A DNA stretch of 64,000 bases from Fistulifera solaris (taxonomy: Eukaryota), in assembly GCA_030295235.1 (NCBI GenBank), contig AP026131.1, forward strand, positions 620,001-684,000. Direction: 5' to 3'. A program made the position numbers and the translations under genes. The notes beneath the pieces are model-generated. The model saw only the letters and a program-made list of their open reading frames with translations, did not search any database and was not told the origin of the DNA. Positions 12,530 through 24,055 of the stretch are shown in pieces. The first letter of the stretch is position 1; the number at the start of each line of letters is the position of its first letter.

Positions 12530-13180
12530 GGTAACAAAGTCGCAAACAATGGGCTTCGAATTATTTTGCGAAAGAATAACGGAACTGTCATTGTCATCGC
12601 CATAACATCGCCAAGCAGTTTTCTGTTTTCTTTGTTGTGCGCGACTATATCAGAGTTAATGTTCAAGCACAAAAGGGAATCTGGAATGTTTCAAACCACG
12701 CATTTGCCGAAAAGAATGCAACGCCATGTCGTCACATTTGGCGTCATCCTCCCCGTCGGTCATCGGCATCGCCTATTAGCGACATTTGGCCAAATTTAGC
12801 CGTAGCCGTTGCGAAAAAGGATACTAACTCCCTTAGAAGGCAAAGTAAATGAACCTAATCAGGCGTAATAATGGATAGATAAAGATTAGTCGACTGGTTA
12901 TATGCTATGAAAGAAATATTTTCATAAGCTATTCCTGGCTCGACTAGGTGACGGCAGCAAGTTAGAATTGATGATGTGCATGCCGCTGCCTACTTCCTAG
13001 CCTGCAAACGTCAATCACAGCAGTTCCTTTTTTACGAATTCAAAACTCTAGCTAAGTCCTACAACAAGGAAGAAAGACTACATGATGTACGGCAATCAGC
13101 TCAGAGGCTTCCCTAGTTATACATGCTGCGGCTAGGTTGAATATGAATAATCAGTAGAGCATCACGGGGTAGCACGGAGT

Positions 13181-13924
13181 CTATTGCGTGCCCTTTACGC
13201 GTCGCTTGCGTCCAAGACCACCACGACGATTGTTCTCGGTGTACATCTTGTTCGTGTCTTTCACTACTTTGGGCATCGTTTTCTTAGGAGGGGTTCCTCC
13301 AGTCGAGGGATTCGAACCACCGAAGTTGTTATCTGGAGCACCTCCTCCCGTGTTTCCCCCCGAATTGCCGCTGCTGCTACCTTTTCCGCATCCACAAGGA
13401 TCGTTGAAGTAGTTTTGGATCGGCCGGCACATGCGATCCTCAAAGTTCCCGTTGCGTGCCCACCAGTATAGTTCTTTGCAGGTATTGACATTCGGGAAGT
13501 TGAGAACTGCAACAAGCGTTTTATCGAGCGAAGGATAAGATCCATCCCGACAAAGGTCGCATTTGGAGTAGGATCCTCGTGGATAATTGGTTGCCGGGGA
13601 AGGCACAGGCGACTGAGCGATCGCGGTGGGTTTGTGTGATGGGTTGCAACAATGATCGTACCAGCGTCCTTGAAGCTGGCGGCAAGCAGCATTTCCCTGC
13701 TTGATGCTATTCGTCGGATCTGCCATGTCAATGATCAGCTTTTGACAAGTGTATCCCTTGTTGTCTACGGCGAGGTTCGCGCGCCCAGACAGAGCGGGTC
13801 CGCAGGAGTCACATAAGCAGCAGAGTCCGATCGTCTCATCCGCGGCCGAAAATGCCGCATGCGACACGATCAATGTTGTTAATAGGCCTAAGGAGGTTTT
13901 CATTTTAGTTGAGATTGCAATCAA
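13181..13924 (-). CDS. Secreted cysteine-rich protein with two CxxC..C..C..C(x)C modules and a Gly/Pro linker
   Basis: N-terminal signal peptide, two Cys-pattern repeats and a basic C-terminus in a single clean ORF. Confidence 0.75.
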   Translation of the reverse strand: MIAISTKMKTSLGLLTTLIVSHAAFSAADETIGLCCLCDSCGPALSGRANLAVDNKGYTCQKLIIDMADPTNSIKQGNAACRQLQGRWYDHCCNPSHKPTAIAQSPVPSPATNYPRGSYSKCDLCRDGSYPSLDKTLVAVLNFPNVNTCKELYWWARNGNFEDRMCRPIQNYFNDPCGCGKGSSSGNSGGNTGGGAPDNNFGGSNPSTGGTPPKKTMPKVVKDTNKMYTENNRRGGLGRKRRVKGTQ

Positions 13925-14520
13925 TAGAAGAAGCGATGGTATTAATGATAAAGGTCACAAATGGTTCCAGAAGAATGGTAAAATAAATTGAACTGTGAGA
14001 GCACTCCGGACGGTTTCGAAATTGATCGGATGAATCCGCCTCCGCGCGGGCCGGCCGTCACCTCAAAGCCCTTGGGTAAGTACAGAAACTCAGATAGTTC
14101 AGCACGATCAGCGCATGCGGCTGCAGCAGAAAATTCGTCGAGCAAAAGCGGAGAGGTACACTTTTCAGCCAAGTAATTTTGATTGGCTTTCCGGCGTTTT
14201 GCCGCCATATTGTAATGTACTATTTAGGGCCTGTTTCTCAAAAGGATTTCTTGTAAGTAAGGCAAGCCACCGTTGGTTGCAATGACATAGAAACTTCCTT
14301 GGAACATGAGTATTCGTTGAAATGTACAACAGAAATTTCTCTTTACAAACCGGTTCTTGGCTTCTAAATATTTGAAAAGCCAAATTTTTCGATTAGTGAT
14401 ACATAGGAGGCATTGGCATTTGGCATGTGCATCCTTTATCCTGTCTTCTCCTCCCTCCATTCAAAACGCCACTCCGCTCCGTAAGTTTCTCCCGTCATTT
14501 CGGTACGGTAGGTTAGAAGT

Positions 14521-15212
14521 TCGAAGACACTGGTCCAGAATTTCTGGAACACCACTGAAATTCTGTATGATCAGAAATAATAAGGACTAACATTTCCAGA
14601 ATTTCTGGAAAGTGGATTTTCAATCGTTACGATCCAAAACAAAGTTTCCAGCTTACGTTATGATCCAAAATACGTCCAGAAGTTTTGGAACGTGCACAGC
14701 ATTTGGGTAGGATCGAAGACACTGGTCCAGAATTTCTGGACCACCACTGAAATTCTGTATGATCAGAAATAAATAGTCCAGAATTTCTGGAACCTCCACT
14801 TTCTATCGGTATGATCCAAAACACAATTTTTACAATCACTGGAACGCGCGCTTGCTTTGGCTATGATCCTTGACACCGTCTCCAGAAGCTCTGGAACGTG
14901 CACAGCATTTGGGTAGGATCGAAGACACTGGTCCAGAATTTCTGGACCACCACAGAAATTCTGTATGATCAGAAATAACTAGTCCAGAATTTCTTGAACC
15001 TCCACTTTCTTTCGGTATGATCCAAAACACAATTCTTAGAGTTTCTGCAACGCGCGCTTGCTTTTGCTATGATCCTTGACACCGTCTCCAGAAGCTCTGG
15101 AACGTGCACAGCATTTGGGTAGGATCGAAGACACTGTTCCAGAATTTCTGGACCACCACAGAAATTCTGTATGATCAGAAATAACTAGTCCAGAATTTTT
15201 GGAACGTGCAAC
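14521..15212. repeat. Tandem repeat: ~206-bp higher-order unit (~3.5 copies) built from ~50-bp monomers with a TCCAGAATTTCTGGA palindrome
   Basis: TCGAAGACACT recurs at 14521, 14713, 14919 and 15125. The palindromic core and TATGATC recur about every 50 bp. Confidence 0.92.
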
Positions 15213-15437
15213 ATGCAACATGAACATGCCACATCATCAACTGCTAACCGCAGATAATTTTATTACCGCTACGAGTTCGTCGGAAGGCGAATGAACATCG
15301 GCATGATGAAGAAGAAAAAACTCCATGAACCACGTAGCCGATCGCAGAAAAGTTGTTGCTTTATAAAAGGATAGGAATAGCTTTGAACAAATAATCATTG
15401 AACAAAGAGCAACGTAGCCAGGCATACCGTCGTTGAA

Positions 15438-16787
15438 ATGAAGTCTTCCGCCAAGCGAATTCTCGCAGTGTCAAATCGAGTGAATGGACGTTTGCTCTGT
15501 CGTAGTCGGTTCAATAATGTACATCGCTGCGGTTTGCTGCAGCAGCATAGATTTCTAGCTTCGTCGGTCGGAGTAAGCGTCCCGGAAGGTTTCAAAGACA
15601 CTGTGAAGAACACAATACTCGATCATGCGTTGCGCGAAGACTCCAGGTTGTGGCAAAGCACAGGTGACGATCCTCTCGATGACTTGGATCTCGAGTTTGA
15701 AACAACTCGGTATTGGCCCAGTCTTCCTCCCGGCGTAGAAGCCATCGATCCCATTGCGATTTCATCGAAAGAAATCGTCAAATTGGTGGAATCCATTCGT
15801 GATGACATGCTGAACACAGAACATCCGGTCTTACAAAAAGCCGCGACCTATTTCTTTCAGTCGGCTGCGGATGGCGGGAAAAAAGTTCGTCCCATGCTGG
15901 TGCTGTTGCTTTCCCGAGCTCTTTCCGATCACATCACTACCACGCATCAGCCGGTCACGTCTTCGTCGTTACTTCCAACTGCACTCGAATGGCAGCGTCC
16001 CGAACTTCCCGACCTCAATCGCCGTTTGGCGGAAGTGACGGAAATCTTTCACACCGCCAGTTTACTACACGACGACGTACTCGACGATGCGGATCAGCGC
16101 CGGAATCTGCCTGCTCTGCACACGCAATTCGGTGCCAAAATTGCGGTTCTTGCGGGTGATTTTCTTCTCGCTAAGGCCTGTGTTACTTTGGCGAAAATGG
16201 GCGACTTACGAACCGTTGAAGCCATGTCCACTGTCTTAGAGCATCTCGTGTTGGGTGAAGTGATGCAGATCCGTGGACCGAAAGCTGATGGACAAAAGAG
16301 CCGCTTGCGAGTCTACCTCAAGAAAAACTTTTACAAAACTGCCAGCCTCATGGCTCTTTCTTGCAAAAGTGTCGCCTTTTTGGGCGAATATCCCGACGAA
16401 CTCATCGATGTAGCCTATCGGTTCGGGAAACATGCCGGAATGGCGTTTCAACTGGTCGACGATGCCCTAGACTATGAAGGCACGGCACAGCACTTGGGCA
16501 AACCGTCCATGGCTGATCTACGCTCTGGATTGGCGACTGCTCCGGTGTTATTTGCTGCTCAGGAACATACCGAGTTAATTCCCATGATCGATCGCAAATT
16601 CAAAGGAAGCGGTGATGTAGAACGCGCCATTGAAATAGTTTTTCGATCCGACGGAATTGAGAGGACCAAGGAATTGGCTATCCTTCACGCGGAACGCGCT
16701 ATGGATGCTCTGCTGGAATTGAATCCTTCTCCAAGCCGTGATGCATTGATCCAACTAGCATATCGCGTTGTAGCGAGAACAAGATAA
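15438..16787 (+). CDS. Long-chain trans-polyprenyl (solanesyl/decaprenyl) diphosphate synthase, probably mitochondrial (COQ1/SPS-like)
   Basis: GGKKVRP, first Asp-rich motif HTASLLHDDVLD..RR, KT motif, second motif FQLVDDALDY. Arg-rich presequence. Confidence 0.92.
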   Translation: MKSSAKRILAVSNRVNGRLLCRSRFNNVHRCGLLQQHRFLASSVGVSVPEGFKDTVKNTILDHALREDSRLWQSTGDDPLDDLDLEFETTRYWPSLPPGVEAIDPIAISSKEIVKLVESIRDDMLNTEHPVLQKAATYFFQSAADGGKKVRPMLVLLLSRALSDHITTTHQPVTSSSLLPTALEWQRPELPDLNRRLAEVTEIFHTASLLHDDVLDDADQRRNLPALHTQFGAKIAVLAGDFLLAKACVTLAKMGDLRTVEAMSTVLEHLVLGEVMQIRGPKADGQKSRLRVYLKKNFYKTASLMALSCKSVAFLGEYPDELIDVAYRFGKHAGMAFQLVDDALDYEGTAQHLGKPSMADLRSGLATAPVLFAAQEHTELIPMIDRKFKGSGDVERAIEIVFRSDGIERTKELAILHAERAMDALLELNPSPSRDALIQLAYRVVARTR

Positions 16788-16956
16788 TTTAATACTATGA
16801 CAATACAGACTACTACAATGTAAGTAGGAACCCCTAGCGAGTGACATTGGTTCGAGAATTATGTTACCCGGTTGTGGTTGTGCAACGACAGTCCAGCATT
16901 ACTCGATTCAACTTCCATCAAACGCATCTATCTTGGCTATCATTTCGAAGAGACCA

Positions 16957-18744
16957 TTAGAACGGAAGACCAAGTTTATGCGGTTGAATCAGTTCATTGA
17001 CGATCACTCTCGACATATCTTGAAGCTCTTTTTCGACGACACTCTTGGGTACCCCAGGCTGGCCTCGCGCCTCGATGTAGTATTTAAACTTGGGCTCCGT
17101 GCCACTTGCACGGAATTGCGCAACGCAACCGTTTTCGAATCGAAGGGTAAGCATTGGCGACGACTTAGAAGTAGGCAGAGTCGGTTGACGATCAGTTGTC
17201 GTTGAATCATAAGCTGGAACTCCCAGATAACGAATGGATGATACGGCGTATGGCCCAACAGTTTTCAAGTCCGACCAAGACCCGCCGCCGTATTCCTCCA
17301 TTTGATTCATTATTTGTAAGCTAAGACTAGTATCCTTCATAAAGAAGTATCCATTGTTTGATACGAATTCGCCGTACGTGTCATAGAGCGATTGCAACTG
17401 GTGCTGTAGTGTTTTGCCCTGTTTGTACACGAAACACGCAAGCTCGGCCATTGCAAGTAAAGCGGATAATCCGTCCTTATCAAAAACAATTCCTCCACAG
17501 CAGAAACCTATGGCTTCTTCATACGCGAAAAGGGATCTGTATCCTTCCTTTTCTTGCAGCTCTTGGGCACGGCTGCCTATCCATTTGAAGCCAGTTAATG
17601 TTTCCTCGAATTTGAATCCTTCCGCTCGAGCCATTTCTAGTAAGAATTTGGACGATACGGTGCTCGCGCACATGGCAATCTTTTGATCCTTGTTGTTGTA
17701 CCACATCCACCATCCCAGTAAGCTGCCAATCTCATCCCCCTTGAATGTTTTCCATTTTCCGTCGGAGAACTCGGAAACGGCCAGCCGATCGGCATCGGGA
17801 TCGTTCGCCAATACAATCTGACAGTTGTTCTTCTGTGCAAAGTCCTGTGCCAAATCCAGCGCACCCTTTTCTTCTGGATTGGGAAACTGGACAGTCGGAA
17901 AACTGGCATCTGGTTCTTGTTGAGAGGTAACACTTTCAAAGGGAGGGAAACCGAACGTCTCAAACGCACGAACCGCGAATCGATGCCCGACGCCGTGCAT
18001 GGCGGTGTAACAAAATTTCGGAACTGAGCTGGCCTGCTTTGTGTGCAAACATGAATTGTATAGCGTTTGAAAATAGGCATCAATCATTTCTTTTGTTTTC
18101 GAAGGGTCCGAGAGACCATAACACGGATCGTCATGTTGCTTCCTTTTCAACATGTTCGCATAGTCGGTCCACGGCGTCAAGTTTTCCAAGATGGATGCCG
18201 CAATACCTTGATCCACAGGTGATCGAATTTGACACGCATTATTCCAATACACTTTGTAGCCCGCGTCTTGCTTGGGATTGTGCGAGGCGGTGATCATAAT
18301 ACCAACGTCCGCAGAAGATTGTGTCATGCTAAATGGCACCAGAGGTGTTGCTACATATCCATCCAAGAGCAAGCAATCCCAACCTGCGCGCTCAAATACA
18401 AGCGCTGAATAAACGGCAAACATCCGCGAAGAAAGCTTCCATTGTTGTTCTTCGCGATGATCGTAACCGATGACGACGCGTAGTTTGTTCTGTCGATCCG
18501 AAAATTCTTTTTCACAGTATCGCACAATCCCTTGCGCCGCCTGTATGACAACTAAATCATTCATGGAGCTCGGACCCGGTTGCATGGCGGCACGCAAACC
18601 CGCAGTTCCGAACGAAATGCGTTCTCCGCCGAACAGTTTGGAGATCACTTCCGTGTCATCGGCATGATCTTTTACAAATTTGGAGGTGACGGGGTTCGGA
18701 TCTCGACTGGCCCATTCCAGGGCTTGTTCACGTAAGCCATTCAT
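16957..18744 (-). CDS. PGM2: Phosphoglucomutase-2 / phosphopentomutase (alpha-D-phosphohexomutase)
   Basis: FGTAGLR, catalytic ITASHNP, metal-binding NDPDADR, YEEAIG and RASGTEPK motifs. Confidence 0.92.
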   Translation of the reverse strand: MNGLREQALEWASRDPNPVTSKFVKDHADDTEVISKLFGGERISFGTAGLRAAMQPGPSSMNDLVVIQAAQGIVRYCEKEFSDRQNKLRVVIGYDHREEQQWKLSSRMFAVYSALVFERAGWDCLLLDGYVATPLVPFSMTQSSADVGIMITASHNPKQDAGYKVYWNNACQIRSPVDQGIAASILENLTPWTDYANMLKRKQHDDPCYGLSDPSKTKEMIDAYFQTLYNSCLHTKQASSVPKFCYTAMHGVGHRFAVRAFETFGFPPFESVTSQQEPDASFPTVQFPNPEEKGALDLAQDFAQKNNCQIVLANDPDADRLAVSEFSDGKWKTFKGDEIGSLLGWWMWYNNKDQKIAMCASTVSSKFLLEMARAEGFKFEETLTGFKWIGSRAQELQEKEGYRSLFAYEEAIGFCCGGIVFDKDGLSALLAMAELACFVYKQGKTLQHQLQSLYDTYGEFVSNNGYFFMKDTSLSLQIMNQMEEYGGGSWSDLKTVGPYAVSSIRYLGVPAYDSTTTDRQPTLPTSKSSPMLTLRFENGCVAQFRASGTEPKFKYYIEARGQPGVPKSVVEKELQDMSRVIVNELIQPHKLGLPF

Positions 18745-19495
18745 CTGATGATCTTAATGTCCTTGCTGGTAAATGAAGAGCAGTTATAACTTGTGCTTGC
18801 ATGTTCTGAAATTGGACCGAATGATGTTGACATTCTTGTGACACATGCGACGAGCGAAGAAGCGCGCAACGTTTGACTTTCTGTCCCGTTTCTCGCCCTT
18901 TGTATAGAAAACACGGATGGAACGTCACATTGAACCAATCTTTGGTTGCAGTCGTGATTGCCGGTACGATGAAGTGGCAACGTGGCAGTGACGTGTTTGT
19001 TTCTTTTGCGGGCATGAACTTTGGAATATTATTTGCAATTGCACCATCGGAGGAAGAAAGAGAAAAGCGTATTGTGTGAAACGTGTTCTTTACTGTCTTG
19101 CACAGAGTTGTTGTCTGTAATGCAAGCTGTATTGTTTTTTGCCCAATGGCTGAAGGTAAGCTCCTAAATAGAATAAGTGATCCTTCTATTTTGCGTTATA
19201 CGTAGGTCGCTGTACGACATGAATCTACGTAAGTGTCCATGGAATGGCACTGACGTCTGTCATCCGGACACTTTTTCTCATACGTATGTGCGGCGGAGCA
19301 AAAACTGTACTGTTTTTCACGTAGAGATCCACGAGAGTTTTACCGGTGAAGACGAACCACTCAAACATCAAACGACGTCCGCGTTGTGACAACGTCTACG
19401 CTTCTCGATGCGTTACAACCACTTTTGTTGCCTTTTTCTTTTTACAGAGCGCTCGAATTCACCAATCACACCATAATAAAACAATAATCTGTAAA

Positions 19496-19942
19496 ATGTT
19501 GGCACGATCTGTCCTTGTTCTGCTCGCCCTATTTTGCGGCGTCGTCAATTGCTTTACTGTTGCTCCCAAATCTGCCGTGTCTCTACGATGCACGACGACC
19601 ACACCGCTTTTCATGTCCGCCGCTACCGTGGAGCGAGGCCCGGCCGTTTTGGATCGACCGGCAGTAGAAGAAACTCCCGTGGAGGAGCGCCGGCGAATGG
19701 GAAGTGAAGCCTGGGAAGTTCGAATCTACAACGACCGCATGAATACAAGAGAGCACGTCGCCCGTGCTCTGGTGCAAGTTACCGGAATGTCAGAAATGGG
19801 TGCTTACCAAACCATGATGCAAGCACACCAAAACGGAATTGCCGTAGTTGGTCGATGGGTGTACGAAATTGCGGAAATGTATCACGATGCTTTGAAGAAA
19901 AACGGCATCGTGTGCGATATTGTCCCTGTCGAGGAAGACTAG
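19496..19942 (+). CDS. clpS: Plastid-targeted Clp protease adaptor ClpS
   Basis: Signal peptide ending VNC|F. ClpS core VRIYNDRMNTREHV..MMQAHQNGIAVV..EIAEMY. Confidence 0.88.
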   Translation: MLARSVLVLLALFCGVVNCFTVAPKSAVSLRCTTTTPLFMSAATVERGPAVLDRPAVEETPVEERRRMGSEAWEVRIYNDRMNTREHVARALVQVTGMSEMGAYQTMMQAHQNGIAVVGRWVYEIAEMYHDALKKNGIVCDIVPVEED

Positions 19943-21146
19943 AGATTCTACCATGCCGAATCTCCTTCTTACGCTGTCCAGACGACTTGATTTATATTGT
20001 TTCGAAATATATTAGTTGACTGCTTGTAATTAATGTTCCGGGTTGTGGAGATAGACGGAGCAGGTGAATAACCGATGTATAACTAAGACTCTTTTCCTCC
20101 TTGCCCTGAATGAATTGAAGCGATAAACTCCTCTCGTTGTTAGGTTCCTTTAGTGCAGACAAAACTTGTTACAGGCACGGCTAATTCGCACAAGAATTGT
20201 CAAAATAGACAATTATAGTCTGTAGTTGTGTGTATTCGTCGTTCCCATCGAACCTGGCAGAAAAATCGCCAACATAGAGATAAGAACTATTTGATCACGA
20301 CATGCTACAGGCGCGCTGGTACTTTACAAGGCGATGGTGCTTTTGCCGTGTATTGATTACAACACAGGCACTACGCTTTCGTACTAGGTAAGTCCGCTCT
20401 CTATGCCCTTTTCTACGATCCGCCGAACGCCCTTCGGTACGCGAGCGTTGCAAGAGCTTCAGCTCGATTCTTTTTCTCAAGCGGGGGCTCACATACATGG
20501 GCAAATAGTTTTATCGACTTTCTCCTGTTACCTTTCGAAGTCAAAGCCACACCGCGACCGATCTCATCGGTGCGGTTCACTTTCCATCAGGATATTGTGA
20601 TTGGGAGAAGGTATTGACTGCAGTGCATGCCCTCATCGTAGCTCTATGTTTAAGGAGCTGTGTCTATAATGGAACTGGGTAATGAGCAAATGCTATCTAT
20701 GTCTAGGAAACAAGTGTTGTCTGATTGAGGCCTCTATTGTCGGGCAGCTATTGATTTATTTGTCGATTTTGGGCATCACCCAAGCACTTCAGACACTACA
20801 CGAAGCTCTTGATTATGCCGATCACAGGGGGCGAATTTGGAAAAGAAATTTCGTATTTGAAAGAACCAGAAGCAAAACAAGGAGTTCCGATTTCGAACAA
20901 AACGCCCCGAAAATGTGAGGGAGAGTCAAATACCGGTTCGTGTCAGAAGCGGTATAGTAGACGTTTTCTTCTTCCACATGGAATGAGAACGGTGGCAATA
21001 AGTTGAGGATGAAGTTTTGTTGATGTTGTCGTTGTTGTTCGATTTTGTTGATGCGCTTTTCATAAGGTGAATGCTTGATTGATCATATTCATTCTTTAAC
21101 AACACGGCGCCGAGTCTTGCAATTTTTCTGCTGCTTTCATACGAAC

Positions 21147-22257
21147 ATGAAGAACAAATCTTTTATAAGTACTGTTGTGGTGATGGCCAGCTGCGGCATC
21201 CTCTCGAGTCAGGCTTTCGTGGTCACTCGACCAGGTCCAGCAATCCGCACTTCGACGTCGTTAGCTTCTTGGAACAAGTTCATCAATCGCTTCGATACTA
21301 TCGAATCTGCTGGCTACAAAAGCAGTGACACGACGAACCCGTCGTCGATCGTGAAGACGGCGGGCTTTTCGATCAAAAGGATTCACAACCCCAAACTTTA
21401 CATCGCCCTTGCTGTAGTGGCTGGCTTGAAATGGATGTCGCTGTTTCGCAATCCGCTTTATTATTTCTTTCTGGGATTCTGCTACAAATGGTATCGCGCT
21501 CGTTACGTGTTCAAAATTCCTGTGTGGGATCGACAGCCGAACTGGAACAATGTGATTACTTCCAAAGAGCAAGAAAAGGAATTGAAAGCGTATACATGCA
21601 AAAAGTGTGGTTCGACGATATTCATTGCCAAGTCACGAGAATTTTTCTTTGAAGGAAAGACGGGTATTGGTGGATTGGGTTGCTTCAATTGTGGTGCCAA
21701 GGGCAAGGAAAATTTCATCATGGATCGCGATCGGATCGTGGAAGATGTTGCAGAAATGGACGACTATTTTGAATACGAGCGTCCCTTAGATTTTGTTTCG
21801 CGAGCAGAGCGACGTGATTTGCTCAAATTGACTCAAGGTGATGAAGAAAAGGCGAATCAGATTTTGGTAGATCGGGCTAACGCACAAATGGGAATAGCAC
21901 CCACAAGTAATGCTGTGGATGCCTCCACCGCAGAATCTGCTCCAGAAATTGTGTCGAATGAATCGGGAAGCGAGTCGGAAGAAGAAGGACAATCTGTTGA
22001 ATCTCGAACAGATACTGCTGGAACAGACGATACGGTGAATGGCGATAAAGAACTTGAGTCCACTCAGTTCGAGCCCGTTCAAGAAAAAGCAGACTTCCGT
22101 TCCTATCTCAGAACCCGTGATCGACGAGAATAAGCCAGTGGCGAAAGCGCCAAATTCGAGCGAGGGAAAACCAAAAGCTGCTTCCAATGCACTACGTCCT
22201 CCCCCTCCCCCGGCAAATGAAGAACTCGATCTATCTGAGTTAGATATGGATCTATAG
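21147..22257 (+). CDS. Plastid-targeted membrane protein with a rubredoxin/Zn-ribbon-like CxxC..CxxC motif
   Basis: SQA|F bipartite signal, hydrophobic segment, CKKC and CFNC motifs, acidic tail. Extra A near 22088. Confidence 0.7.
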
Positions 22258-22387
22258 GTAACTCCTTTGAGATTATCAGTAATTATTAAATAATTAACTA
22301 TACTTTATCAAAAGAATTGCCATCAATGCACAATAAAGTTGAATATGATGTTCTATCGACGAAATAATATCGATCTGTTATCGTACA

Positions 22388-22465
22388 GTACCGCATATCC
22401 GGAACACCCCTCTGTCGATAAATTTCCCTACCAGAGCTACGTGGAATTACGTAGCCATTCGAAGC
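22388..22465 (+). repeat. Solo dispersed copy of the structured element arrayed at 56.7-57.7 kb
   Basis: ATATCCGG..CCCCTCTGTCGATAAATTTCCCTAC.AGAGCTACGTGGAA.T.CGTAG.CATTCGAAGC aligns by eye with the A-type units. Confidence 0.88.
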
Positions 22466-23173
22466 TTTGTATTTTCATTATTTTCGCGTATTGCAATAAT
22501 TTGGACATTTGTTGTCTTTTGTTGGTCCTAAACGTTTAGCTGTCTCTATTAAAAGGCAAACTTGGATTGCAATTTTATAATGATAGTTAGTGCTCAAACT
22601 ATACGTGACTGCGATTAAGCTAAGTCACGATCTGCGTAAACCAACACTATACGCTATAGTAAGCATTGACTGCTAATTCCAAATTCAAAACATAAAATTA
22701 TAATCTCCATAAGAATTCTACAACATAGTCCCATACATCATCGATTGTCTCTCTAGCTAGCCGTCGCTTGATCGTTGATCGTTATTTCCATGAACTGAAA
22801 GCTGTACATCAAGATGCCTAACTATGCATTTTTGCGGTTTCGCCGGATACACAATACGTAATACTACAGCTTGCTTCTCGTCGCAGCGTGTATCATGACG
22901 TCATAAGTCATGAAAGGTCATTGACGGTTCCAGATACACTTTGTCAGATACTGAAGCAGAGCCGTTGAGTGCCTCGGTTTTGCGCGTTTTTGCTCGTTGC
23001 GGTTTGCGTTCTCTCCGTTTTTTTGTTGATGAGGCTCTTGCGTCGTGCACGAACCAGCGGACCGTTTGTGTTTGATTCTTCTCCATTTCATTTCCATTCC
23101 GTTTGTTTGACTCGTGAAAAACTACATCTTATTCTTTTCTAAATTTAATTTTATAGTAAACATAAGTGGAATC

Positions 23174-23993
23174 ATGGGAGACGCAAAAATCCGCTGTGCT
23201 TTGGCTTACCGCATCGACGGTGGTTCGGCCGTCTGTTTGGCCAAGTATGACCACGCGAACGAATACGAAGCGTCCGGAGGAGCCGGAGGAGAGTTGTACG
23301 GTGGAAAGAATCAAGATTACGCTGCCGCTGTTGCGAAAGTAATAGAAAATGACCCTCCGTCGGGATTGTCGGAAGCGGGGACGATTGGAGGTTTCAAAGT
23401 AGTGCAATCCGATATGCACCAAGTCATTTACGGAGCGGATACGGATGCTGTTTGTAAGTATGAAGGATGATTTCGTTTTCATTTGAAGCAAATGTTCTCA
23501 TACACTATCCTCGTTTTCGTGAAACGCAGGCTTGGCTGTCATCACTGGTCTAAAGTACCCTTCTCGAGTTGCGATTAAGATGTTGCAAGAGCTATACAAG
23601 GACTTTATGGACGGTTTCGGATCGAGTGCCAAGACGGCTGCGGTAAACTCGTTGACGAAGAAAGCAAAGAACACGCTGAAGGATGCCTGCACCAAGTATG
23701 ACGATTTGAGTAAGGTCGACAAAGCTTCTACGCTTCTCGGAAAAGTGGATGAAGTCAAATCTTCCATGCAATCCAACATTGCCAACATGTTGAAGAACAC
23801 GGAAAAAGCCGAGTCCCTGGCAGAAAAATCAGATCAGTTGAACGAACAGGCTTCTGTATTCAAAAAGCGGTCGACTAGTTTGAAGCAGCAAATGGCATGG
23901 AAGAACATGAAGATGACTTTGTTGCTAGGCGGACTCATCATCGTTGTGTTGATCGTCATCCTTGCTCCTGTAATCAATGCGATTAAGAATTAA
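23174..23993 (+). CDS. Longin-domain R-SNARE (VAMP7/VAMP72-like synaptobrevin)
   Basis: N-terminal longin-like region, SNARE coil KVDEVKSSMQSNIANML..SDQLNEQASVFKK, C-terminal TM anchor. Intron 23454-23529. Confidence 0.85.
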
Positions 23994-24055
23994 TAAATAC
24001 GTATTCGAAACATAAGTAATGTTTTCTATTTATGTTATGTCAAATATTTTTAAAT

